From an uncultured bacterium (GTDB lineage: Bacteria; Planctomycetota; UBA11346), in the NCBI GenBank assembly GCA_965366325.1, contig CBDUFM010000015.1:1-12761 (forward strand): a stretch of DNA of 12,761 nt, written 5' to 3'. The position numbers and the translations under genes are program-made. Positions within the stretch are counted from its first letter, which is position 1. Each line of letters starts with the position of its first letter. Below are positions 1 to 7,046 of the stretch, piece after piece. The notes beneath the pieces were generated by a model. The model ran no database searches. It saw only the letters and a program-made list of their open reading frames with translations, and had not been told where the DNA came from.

Positions 1-1
1 G

Positions 2-532
2 GATTCCGCTGAAGCGCGAATTGTGCGTATTCGCCAATGGGAAGACGGACTTTATTGGGTGTGTAATTTGCAAAATGCTTACCCTAACCGAACGAACATA
101 TTTCACCGTCATATGCTTATCATTGAGAACACCCACGTATTAGTCATTGATCACGTCATTGGCAAGCAGGGTAAGCGCCCCGGTGTGAAGTGGTTCCTGC
201 AAACAGAATGTGCATCTGAATTCGTTGGCGAAGGTGCAACGCTTAATGCTGCAGCTGAAAATATGCAGATTGATTATTTAGTGCCAACCAGCGGCCATGA
301 TATCAAAGATTGGGAATTCGGCTCAAACAACAAAGGCGAAGCAAAAATGCTTAAGACCCTCAGTTGGACCTTAGACAGCGATGACGTAGAAGTCTTCCAT
401 CCCATGATGCTCAGCTTCGAGAAAAAGGCCTACGACTATACCTGCGATGGAAAAACAGCGTCTGTCACCATGGGCAAGCGCCGCTATGAGTTTGATCTCT
501 ACGACCTCGCTTTTCGAGTTGAGGAGCTGTAG
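2..532 (+). CDS. C-terminal fragment of a larger protein. It may be a polysaccharide-lyase-like (heparinase II/III-type) C-terminal domain, but that is a guess from genomic context, not from a recognised motif.
   Basis: The frame is open from position 2 with no stop before the first Met at 23, and no Shine-Dalgarno sequence precedes 23. It reads 169+ codons to TAG at 530-532. A sulfatase, an IclR regulator and a permease sit nearby, as in glycan-utilisation loci. The product call is weak. Confidence 0.45.
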   Translation, partial: DSAEARIVRIRQWEDGLYWVCNLQNAYPNRTNIFHRHMLIIENTHVLVIDHVIGKQGKRPGVKWFLQTECASEFVGEGATLNAAAENMQIDYLVPTSGHDIKDWEFGSNNKGEAKMLKTLSWTLDSDDVEVFHPMMLSFEKKAYDYTCDGKTASVTMGKRRYEFDLYDLAFRVEEL

Positions 533-595
533 ACAATTGTTGTCTGTAAAAGATACCTTTGGGATATTAGATCTAGAGGTGTCTGTAGATTGAAT

Positions 596-1285
596 CTAAC
601 TGTTTTGGTTCGAATCAGATAATGATTGTGTTTTAAAAAGCTGGTTAATCTCTTCCGCAATCCCTTCCAAGGTACTCATCGAAGAAGGGAGTAGGCCGCC
701 ATCACCGTGTGCTAGGTAATTCCTGATGTGTCGACCAGAGTGCAATCTTTTCTTAGCAATATCCAGGACTCTTAACTCTGCAGTTATTTCATGTTCTTTG
801 GGTTCGGGGATTGGTATTGACTCGCCGTTATCTAGTTGTCCGCTCCCAATTAGGTTAACAATATTTTTATGCCACACTCTACCTTCTGCTAATGGTCTAG
901 CTGATTCATATCCTTCATTGGCAATCCATCCCTGCTCAAGAGTGATATTCATATAGTCCATAAGTCTTGCTGGTGGGTGTTGAACTGCGATGGTGTCTTT
1001 TTCCTGTTCGTATTTCATTTTTAATGCTTTTTCTAAGGCGCTAAAGCCAATTGTCTCCGCGGCTTGATGTAGCCTATAGGAAAAATATGTGTAGAGTGCT
1101 ATGTTTTTTGCGTTCTCGAAAAGTTGCTTTACTTCATTGGGAGTGCTTTCAATTAAGGTAATATTGGCTATATCGGCATGCCAATTAGCAATATTAATAT
1201 GCTTGTTGCGAGGATCAGCGGTTGATATCTGATCCAACGGTTTCAATGAATCTTCGGGACGAATGGTGTTGTCTGAGTTGGTCAT
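596..1285 (-). CDS. Hypothetical 229-aa protein with a C-terminal HEPN-like motif. Candidate RNase, toxin or abortive-infection effector.
   Basis: An uninterrupted ORF in AT-rich DNA. Its start ATG (1283-1285) overlaps the upstream gene's TGA (1282-1284) as ATGA. Residues R188-N-Y-L-A-H193-G194 (nt 707-724) match the HEPN signature R-[N/H/D]-x3-H (Rx4-6H). No other recognisable domain. Confidence 0.65.
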   Translation of the reverse strand: MTNSDNTIRPEDSLKPLDQISTADPRNKHINIANWHADIANITLIESTPNEVKQLFENAKNIALYTYFSYRLHQAAETIGFSALEKALKMKYEQEKDTIAVQHPPARLMDYMNITLEQGWIANEGYESARPLAEGRVWHKNIVNLIGSGQLDNGESIPIPEPKEHEITAELRVLDIAKKRLHSGRHIRNYLAHGDGGLLPSSMSTLEGIAEEINQLFKTQSLSDSNQNS

Positions 1286-1794
1286 GTTAATTCCGAATTG
1301 GATAACAATTCTTTGAATTGTTTTTCCATTTTAGCGATTTCTATATTTAAGTATTCGATTGACTCAATAACCATGGATTTGAAATCAGATAGCAACTTGG
1401 CGTCATTCCACAATACTTTTGAGGATTTAAGGGCGATTGGAAATATATCGTGGGAGGGCCAATAGTGCAGTTTTGGGTTGTGTATGGTTATGTCTTTATG
1501 GGCGATTCTTGTGTCTCTCTCGTGTTCGAGTAGGTTAAATGTGGTGCTGTGGTTTGGACATACATTTTGACTGTCCAGTTTAATGAATTTTCCACTATGA
1601 ATTGCATGGCTTTTCTTAAAAGGTCTGAAGAAGCAGATTATGGCAAAGTAGAATAGGGCGGATCCTGTTGAGTTATCATCAGCTTTTTCGGAACTTTGTA
1701 ATAATGATTCTGTATATTGCAAATCGGCTAGCGCCATTCTTCGGCTAACGTATAATTCTTCCACTTTGTTATCCACGGTGAGCTCCTTGTTCAT
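1282..1794 (-). CDS. Hypothetical 170-aa protein, the upstream partner of the HEPN-like gene.
   Basis: ORF in the same AT-rich block with a 4-bp ATGA overlap onto the downstream gene. The Shine-Dalgarno sequence is weak. It contains a hydrophobic patch (ALFYFAIICFF) and an R-x5-H stretch (RDTRIAH) that could be a second, degenerate HEPN-like motif. No similarity I can name. Confidence 0.6.
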   Translation of the reverse strand: MNKELTVDNKVEELYVSRRMALADLQYTESLLQSSEKADDNSTGSALFYFAIICFFRPFKKSHAIHSGKFIKLDSQNVCPNHSTTFNLLEHERDTRIAHKDITIHNPKLHYWPSHDIFPIALKSSKVLWNDAKLLSDFKSMVIESIEYLNIEIAKMEKQFKELLSNSELT

Positions 1795-2123
1795 AGCAAT
1801 GATGCTTAAGGTAGTTTTTGGGTAACTCTGTTGGCTCTCGTATGGTGAGGTTGGGGTTGTGTCCCAAGATTATTTTGTTTATCATGCGTATTCCTTCTAG
1901 GATTGCTCAGAGTGTGTGTCCGTGCAGGCCCAAGAACAACGGTGATTGTTTATTATAATACTGTGTGTTTCTTACACGGCTTGTTTGTATCTGTTGGATG
2001 TCCACTTAACTGGTGCGTCTCAAGGCTCAAATGGGGTACGATCCAAGGCGGCAAAGCCCGTAGTTTACTGGTGTAAATAAGGGCTTTGCCAACGCCGGAG
2101 CGTGCCCCAGATGAGCATTGAGA

Positions 2124-3227
2124 CTACATCAAGAGGTTTAACTGTTCAGACAACTTGCGCTCACCTAGCTGAATGTGCAGGTTGTTGGTCTTGACCATTT
2201 CGAGCAAGATGTCCAACTTGTGCATTTCCATTAAGGTGCTGTTTTGTTCCAGCAACTTCGCGGTGTTGGCCTGACTACGCATAGCGGCGTGTTCTTCGCG
2301 ACGCGTAATCAAATGTGCCTCTGCCGTTGCCTTGGCTTCCGTGATCTTGTTCAGTAAAATTTTCATTTCACCGGGCAAGATGATGTCGCGAATGCCGAAG
2401 CTGATCAAGCGGATGCCGTAGCGCTTGCTGATGATCTGCAGATGTTCTTGCATTTCTTCAGTAAGTGCTTGCTTGGATTCAAGCAGGGCATCCAGTGTGC
2501 GAGAGCCAACGCTGCTACGTAAAGCTAACTGCGCTTCACGGTAGATGCTTTGTTCTAGGTGTTCGACCTGCATCACAATTAATTCGATATCTTGTGGGGC
2601 GTAGGTCAGCACAGCATTGAAACGAACACTTACACGGTCAGCGGTCATGATTTCTTGACCACTTAAATCAAGCACGCATTCACGTTGGTCGATGGTATGC
2701 AGGCGCACGTTCTTCACGTGATTCCACATAGCGTAACGACCAGGCTTGAGCAATTGCTGGTGATCGCCGTCTTCAAACAACAGGACGCGTTCGTGTGCTT
2801 GGACATGAAACACGCGTAGGTGTTGGGTGAAGCTAGGGCTATCGGCTAATTGCACAAAGCGTTCGTGTGTAAACAGGGCCGCAGTCGCATCAACAATTTC
2901 CACAGAAACGCTGTGGAAGCTGTTGAGTAAGATATGTGTACCGCGGCCTAAAATACGCGCAAAACGATCGTTGATCCACACCAGCGCACGTTGGTGATCT
3001 TTAACGTCGATCACTTCAGCGTGCTCTTTGAGCGCAGCGGATTTGATGAAGACATCGCTATCGTCATGCGTCACAAAGACGTCACGCAGGGAGAGGATAT
3101 CGACGCGGAAGCGCTTGCCTGGGTCAAATGTTTTAAACCAGCCAGCCTCAGCGATGTGCTGAAAAACATTGTCGCGGTACACAAGACCGATTTCAAAAGG
3201 CTTGATAAGTTTGCGTGTGTAGAACAT
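2124..3227 (-). CDS. SPFH/band-7 (stomatin/prohibitin/flotillin-like) domain protein, 367 aa.
   Basis: Strong Shine-Dalgarno (AAGGAG, 6 nt before the ATG at 3227). The central region has band-7 character (…RVSVRFNAVLTYAPQD…, …GIRLISFGIRDIILPGE…) followed by a long coiled-coil C-terminal tail. There is no N-terminal transmembrane helix. Confidence 0.85.
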   Translation of the reverse strand: MFYTRKLIKPFEIGLVYRDNVFQHIAEAGWFKTFDPGKRFRVDILSLRDVFVTHDDSDVFIKSAALKEHAEVIDVKDHQRALVWINDRFARILGRGTHILLNSFHSVSVEIVDATAALFTHERFVQLADSPSFTQHLRVFHVQAHERVLLFEDGDHQQLLKPGRYAMWNHVKNVRLHTIDQRECVLDLSGQEIMTADRVSVRFNAVLTYAPQDIELIVMQVEHLEQSIYREAQLALRSSVGSRTLDALLESKQALTEEMQEHLQIISKRYGIRLISFGIRDIILPGEMKILLNKITEAKATAEAHLITRREEHAAMRSQANTAKLLEQNSTLMEMHKLDILLEMVKTNNLHIQLGERKLSEQLNLLM

Positions 3228-3527
3228 GGGGTACTCCTTTAAGTTTTTATTATTTTAAATAGTGACCATTGGTGGTCGTGGTTGTGTTATCCCGTTACGG
3301 TGGCGGAATCGTGTTTAAGTCTGCTGGGCCGCGCGGCGCTGGGCATACGAGGCGATGTAAGGTGCGCATCTCCTGATATGCCGAGGGCTAGCGCAGCTGT
3401 GCAGGCGGTATCCACCGATTGCAAAGCCACTTGCTCGTTGCTAATGCGATACGTGCTGGTGATCGAAATCACCGTCCTCGCATCAGCAGATAATTGACAA
3501 ACCCGGCCACCGCCGGTGCATCCAAAA

Positions 3528-3546
3528 ACGTATCCTGTAAATACGT
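3528..3546 (-). terminator. Putative intrinsic terminator of the tRNA gene.
   Basis: Read on the minus strand, ACGUAU-UUACAGG-AUACGU is followed by UUUUUGG and begins 3 nt after the tRNA 3' end. Confidence 0.4.
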
Positions 3547-3549
3547 GAA

Positions 3550-3623
3550 GTCGAAATACTGGAGTCGAACCAGTGACTGACGGATTAACTGTCCGCTGCT
3601 CTACCCGCTGAGCTAATTTCCGA
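3550..3623 (-). tRNA. tRNA-Asn(GUU)-like gene, possibly a non-canonical tRNA or pseudo-tRNA.
   Basis: The cloverleaf reads from the minus strand. D-arm: GCUC-AGCGGGUA-GAGC. Anticodon arm: GCGGA-CAGUUAA-UCCGU, nearly identical to E. coli tRNA-Asn. Variable loop: CAGUC. T-arm: ACUGG-UUCGACU-CCAGU. Two oddities: position 33 is A rather than the near-universal U, and the 5' acceptor strand (UCGGAAAU) needs a bulged G to pair with the 3' strand (AUUUCGA). No CCA is encoded. Confidence 0.7.
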
Positions 3624-3834
3624 GCTGTTACGTAACGAGACGCATGTGTAGAATCCATTGCCAGAACAGACTGATCAGATGCATGAGCGCGTGTGAAGGC
3701 GGACATGTGTGAAGGGCTGCTGGTGGTCATAAGAATCGTTTTCATAACGATAGTTCTTAATGCCAAATTCGTGCCACGGGTTTTGAATGCAGTAAAATTC
3801 GCGTAAATATCTGTAGTTACAGTGCTTAATCATT

Positions 3835-3863
3835 TTGACCTATATTGGCTGCTGAGTAATACT
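3835..3863 (+). promoter_or_regulatory. Candidate sigma-70 promoter, TTGACC-N17-AATACT.
   Basis: A TTGACC -35 element at 3835-3840 and a weak -10 at 3858-3863. It points toward the 4008 gene. Confidence 0.25.
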
Positions 3864-4007
3864 ATCCGTTGGTATAGAATGCTTAGATGAGAGTCTATTG
3901 CTTTTTCAGGGCTACTGGCTGCAGCTGATGGGTGCGTCAGTGCGTGGCTGGATCTGAAGTCGCTTAGAAATTATTGTAATCGATAATAATCCTAGAAGCA
4001 TGTTGGG

Positions 4008-4334
4008 ATGTCAGATACGCAACAGCAGATTCAAGCCCTGGAACAAATGCAGTCGAAAATACTTGCCTTGCGCGCTCAATTAGCGGTGCAGTCGGAGGCA
4101 GGTGTCCCAACCGACGATGTGGAAATGTTGAGTGCTGTTGCTTTAGAACAATTGGATGAGCAGGCACTGAGTGCGCATCTTGGTCGCTGTGCAATTATTT
4201 TGGCTGGATTAGAGGCGCGTGCGCAGGCTCTTGGCAAGGGGCGCAGCGTGACTGGTCTGGCGAGTATTTTAATTGTGTTGGCTGTTGTGGCTGTGCTTTT
4301 GGTGGGTTTATTATTTATATTGCAGGCGCTCTAA
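4008..4334 (+). CDS. Small tail-anchored membrane protein, 108 aa, with an N-terminal coiled-coil/amphipathic region and a C-terminal transmembrane helix.
   Basis: The N-terminus (QQQIQALEQMQSKILALRAQLAVQ) has heptad-like character and the C-terminus (LASILIVLAVVAVLLVGLLFILQAL) is a clear transmembrane segment. The architecture resembles ElaB/YqjD-type proteins; the sequence itself is not recognised. Weak Shine-Dalgarno. Confidence 0.6.
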   Translation: MSDTQQQIQALEQMQSKILALRAQLAVQSEAGVPTDDVEMLSAVALEQLDEQALSAHLGRCAIILAGLEARAQALGKGRSVTGLASILIVLAVVAVLLVGLLFILQAL

Positions 4335-4339
4335 ATTAC

Positions 4340-4729
4340 ATGAGCGCTGTCCTTCGGGCTTTGATGGTCTTGCAGCTGTTTTCTGTGTTACTGGCATTTT
4401 CCACGCTTTGTGGGGTTGAGGATGTGGTCAGTAAGCGCTGGCAGTGGTTAATTGCGCAGAAGCTTGTCGTGGAACAGGGTCAGTCACTTGCCTATAAAGC
4501 TAGACTTACGCAAGCTGTTCGCTGCTGGCTTGATGCAGAAAAATCAGGACATTCCGTGTTTTGGTCGCCGCTTCTGTCTGCGCATCGCGACGAACAACAG
4601 GGCCATTATGATGGTTTTGCACTGGCTCAAAAAGTCATGGCCGTGGAAATTGCGCTGGCGAGTGGTGTCGAGGCTGACGAGATTGCCTCTGTTTTCATGG
4701 GGCGCTATTTCGTTTTGCATAAACATTAA
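4340..4729 (+). CDS. Hypothetical 129-aa protein with an N-terminal hydrophobic signal or anchor segment.
   Basis: It starts 5 nt after the preceding stop, so it may be co-transcribed and re-initiated. The N-terminus (LRALMVLQLFSVLLAFSTLCG) looks like a signal peptide or transmembrane segment. An AT-rich hairpin (cattaat-tgg-attaatg) overlaps its stop. Confidence 0.5.
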   Translation: MSAVLRALMVLQLFSVLLAFSTLCGVEDVVSKRWQWLIAQKLVVEQGQSLAYKARLTQAVRCWLDAEKSGHSVFWSPLLSAHRDEQQGHYDGFALAQKVMAVEIALASGVEADEIASVFMGRYFVLHKH

Positions 4730-4940
4730 TTGGATTAATGAGTAAGCATTAAAAATGAACAAAGACTGCGTAGCCAATGCGGGTTTATTATGATTACGTA
4801 AGCCTCATCGGGGCTCAGTGTTTTACTGTATGCTTAGGTGTTGCTGTATGATGGTGATAATAGGAGAATTCTACTAGTTTTAAAATCCCCGCTGATTATA
4901 CTACTTAATGAACTGTAGAACCATCGCGAAGGAGACAAAG

Positions 4941-5333
4941 ATGAGTGACGACGTTTGTGATAATCGACCCGACGATGTCTCTGCTGATACATCGCATGTT
5001 GATGGTGCCGCCTCGCAGCAAATGCAGGCGATGCTCAACCAAACCCTGTCGTATTATCCAGAACATTACTGCGCCTCGCAGGGCATTTTAGCAACTGTGA
5101 CCAATCACCAACGTGGCTGGCGTTGCTATGGGGCTATGGAAACCTGCTTGAGTAGTGAGGGTATGGAAGTGACCTTCGATTATCGTTATGGGAAGGGCAG
5201 CTCGTGGCGGCGATTATTAATTATGATTACGATGTCTGACGGAAAAATGACCTACCGAGATTATAGGGAAATGCTCAAGGGTCAGCATAGTGGTATTATG
5301 GCATTTGATGCTATTCAAGAGGACGTGGCCTAG
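4941..5333 (+). CDS. Hypothetical 130-aa protein.
   Basis: A strong Shine-Dalgarno (AAGGAG, 4929-4934) lies 6 nt before the ATG at 4941, so the track ORF starting at 4908 is probably too long. A terminator immediately follows. Confidence 0.6.
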   Translation: MSDDVCDNRPDDVSADTSHVDGAASQQMQAMLNQTLSYYPEHYCASQGILATVTNHQRGWRCYGAMETCLSSEGMEVTFDYRYGKGSSWRRLLIMITMSDGKMTYRDYREMLKGQHSGIMAFDAIQEDVA

Positions 5334-5342
5334 GTTACGCTT

Positions 5343-5368
5343 GTGGTCTTTTATGGACCATTTGTTTG
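5343..5368 (+). terminator. Rho-independent terminator.
   Basis: Stem gtggtc / gaccat with a 7-nt loop, followed by TTTGTTTGG. It starts 10 nt after the stop codon at 5331-5333. Confidence 0.5.
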
Positions 5369-5462
5369 GCCTCGATGAACAATTTCCACTAGGACGCCTA
5401 TTTTGTTCGGGCGAAATGAGAGTCGATCTGGTGTTGTTTGATCGAGGGCCTAGTGTGCGTCA

Positions 5463-6221
5463 ATGCCTTACGAGACCTATCAAATTCTTTTATGTGCGCT
5501 GATCCTATTGGCTGGTGGATTTTTACAGAGCACCGTTGGTTTCGCCTTTGGTTTATTTGCGATCCCTTTATTAATGTGGATAAAAATTCCTATCGAACAA
5601 GTTTTGGCTATTATTACAGTTTCTACGTGCGCGCAGAGTTTGGTTGCATCGCGGGCAATGAGTGAGGTCAAGGTTCCGAAGCAGATGCTGTTGATAGCAG
5701 CGAGTATTCGCATTGTGTTTATAGTTTTAGGCACGCTTATTTTGCAGCTCATTGTGGATTTTGATAAAAATATAATGCACGCGATAATGGGTGTTATTCT
5801 TATTTGTTCGGTGCTGCTGCTGTGGTTATTGCCGCAACGAAAAACAGAGACTGTGCAGCGGGGCTTATTGTACGGAGTGAGCGCACCGCTGAGTGGGACA
5901 ATTGGTGGCATGATTGGTATGGGTGGTCCGCCACTGCTGTTGTGGGCGATGTTGCAGCCATGGGATCCGAAGCAAATCCGTGTATTTTTGTTTATGATGT
6001 TTATGACCTCGATTCCATTCCAATTTCCAATTCTTGTTATTGTATTTGGATGGGATGTTTGTTGGGGTGCTGCCTTAGCGGTTTTATGTTTCCCGCTGGT
6101 GTATGTGGGTTCTCGTTTGGGCGTGCAGGTGGGGAATAAATTGAGCAAGGCGCAGCTCACCCACATTGTTTATGTGCTGCTATTAATTTTAGGCACTCGT
6201 TCGATATTTAAATATTTTTAG
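5463..6221 (+). CDS. TauE/SafE (TSUP, DUF81) family anion permease, a probable sulfite/sulfate/sulfonate exporter.
   Basis: A 252-aa polytopic membrane protein. Its N-terminus (…LLCALILLAGGFLQSTVGFAFGLFAIPLLM) and the glycine-rich stretch GGMIGMGGPPLL are typical of the TauE/SafE family. Confidence 0.8.
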   Translation: MPYETYQILLCALILLAGGFLQSTVGFAFGLFAIPLLMWIKIPIEQVLAIITVSTCAQSLVASRAMSEVKVPKQMLLIAASIRIVFIVLGTLILQLIVDFDKNIMHAIMGVILICSVLLLWLLPQRKTETVQRGLLYGVSAPLSGTIGGMIGMGGPPLLLWAMLQPWDPKQIRVFLFMMFMTSIPFQFPILVIVFGWDVCWGAALAVLCFPLVYVGSRLGVQVGNKLSKAQLTHIVYVLLLILGTRSIFKYF

Positions 6222-6236
6222 GGCGTTGCTGTGGAT

Positions 6237-6965
6237 TTACTGCATCAGGTCAGAGCAGGCCTCGGCGCTGCGGGCGAGTAAACCACCATAATGGTCGATG
6301 TCATTATCGGGCATGGTAAAAATATTGCCGCCTAGACAGAGCGCACCAATAATCTGTCCTTTGCAATAAACTGGTGCAGCGAGGCGTCGTCGTTCAGGAC
6401 CCGGTAAATAGGTGAAGCCACGCTCATCAAGCCGTTCGAGGTTTTCAATTATTTCATTGAGACTTAACTGGTAGCCTTTCTCTGTTTGATTGTTAATGCT
6501 GTTGGGGTCTTGTTGCTGCCACCAGTCCATGGATTTAAATAACCAGCCCCAGGGAGCGACGTGGAGATTTTTGACCACATGTCCCGGTTCTTGGAGTGGC
6601 GAAGCGTCTTCGTGCATGATGCGATCGAGGCAGATCATGGCGCTGCCACTCCAATAAATGCTAATCGCGGTGTTGCCGCTGCGTTGCTGGAGGCTGTTAA
6701 GGAAGCATTGTGCGGCGTCGCGAAAGCGCAGGCGTTGATTGTCGTTGCCCACCAATTGGCCTACCTTGGCGCTGTTTATATAGCCCTGATTGTCAGCTAG
6801 TTTTTTGACATAGCCGAGTTCACTGAGGCTCTTGAGCAGGCGCATGGTGCTGGCATTCGAGGCCTCGATGCATTTGGCGATGTTGCTGAAGCTGAGTCCT
6901 GCACTGTGTTTAGCGAGCAGACTGATGACTTGAAGGCCGCGTTCTAGGGCTGCTGGGCTGGACAT
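6237..6965 (-). CDS. IclR-family transcriptional regulator.
   Basis: An N-terminal winged helix-turn-helix (LERGLQVISLLAKHSAGLSFSNIAKCIEASNASTMRLLKSLSELGYV) and an IclR-type C-terminal effector domain. It is transcribed divergently from the sulfatase. Confidence 0.85.
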   Translation of the reverse strand: MSSPAALERGLQVISLLAKHSAGLSFSNIAKCIEASNASTMRLLKSLSELGYVKKLADNQGYINSAKVGQLVGNDNQRLRFRDAAQCFLNSLQQRSGNTAISIYWSGSAMICLDRIMHEDASPLQEPGHVVKNLHVAPWGWLFKSMDWWQQQDPNSINNQTEKGYQLSLNEIIENLERLDERGFTYLPGPERRRLAAPVYCKGQIIGALCLGGNIFTMPDNDIDHYGGLLARSAEACSDLMQ

Positions 6966-7009
6966 GGGTGCTGCTCCATCATCAGGCTAGGGCTGTTGCT
7001 GATTTGAAT

Positions 7010-7046
7010 GTTTCAAAAATGAAACTTAGTTACAAAAATGTTGTAA
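7010..7046. promoter_or_regulatory. Two adjacent palindromes, candidate IclR operators, in the divergent iclR/sulfatase promoter region.
   Basis: GTTTCA-aaaa-TGAAAC at 7010-7025 and TTACAA-aaatg-TTGTAA at 7030-7046. Both carry the core CAAAAATG, and both overlap a possible TGAAAC-N16-TGTAAT promoter for the sulfatase gene. Confidence 0.4.

Larger units (their letters stand above)
533..2123. other. Low-GC islet, probable horizontally acquired DNA, carrying the HEPN-like two-gene cassette.
   Basis: Spot counts of 60-nt lines within 600-1800 give 27-48% GC (about 40% overall), against about 50-63% in flanking genes. It lies between convergent or unrelated genes, and a tRNA-Asn-like gene sits about 1.4 kb to the right, beyond the SPFH gene. 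No integrase and no obvious direct repeats were found by eye. Confidence 0.4.

Noticed and set aside
604-618. A tRNA T-loop-like string, TGGTTCGAATC, which could be taken as an att-site copy of the tRNA 3' end.
   Set aside because: It lies inside the 3' end of the HEPN-like CDS and has no flanking stem complementarity. It is on the opposite strand to the tRNA and matches the T-arm rather than the tRNA 3' terminus, so it is most likely coincidental.
726-956. 76-aa ORF on the plus strand.
   Set aside because: It lies entirely antisense within the 596..1285 CDS and has Cys/Ser-rich low-complexity composition.
3282-3766. Track ORFs 3282..3497 (+, 71 aa) and 3287..3766 (-, 159 aa).
   Set aside because: They overlap the tRNA gene and its terminator. 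They are GC-driven open frames with Ala/Arg/Ser-rich nonsense composition and have no Shine-Dalgarno sequence.
5480-6166. 228-aa minus-strand ORF, together with 5804..6139 (+) and 5438..5665 (+).
   Set aside because: These are alternate frames or antisense reads of the TauE/SafE membrane-protein gene. The real frame yields canonical transmembrane helices.
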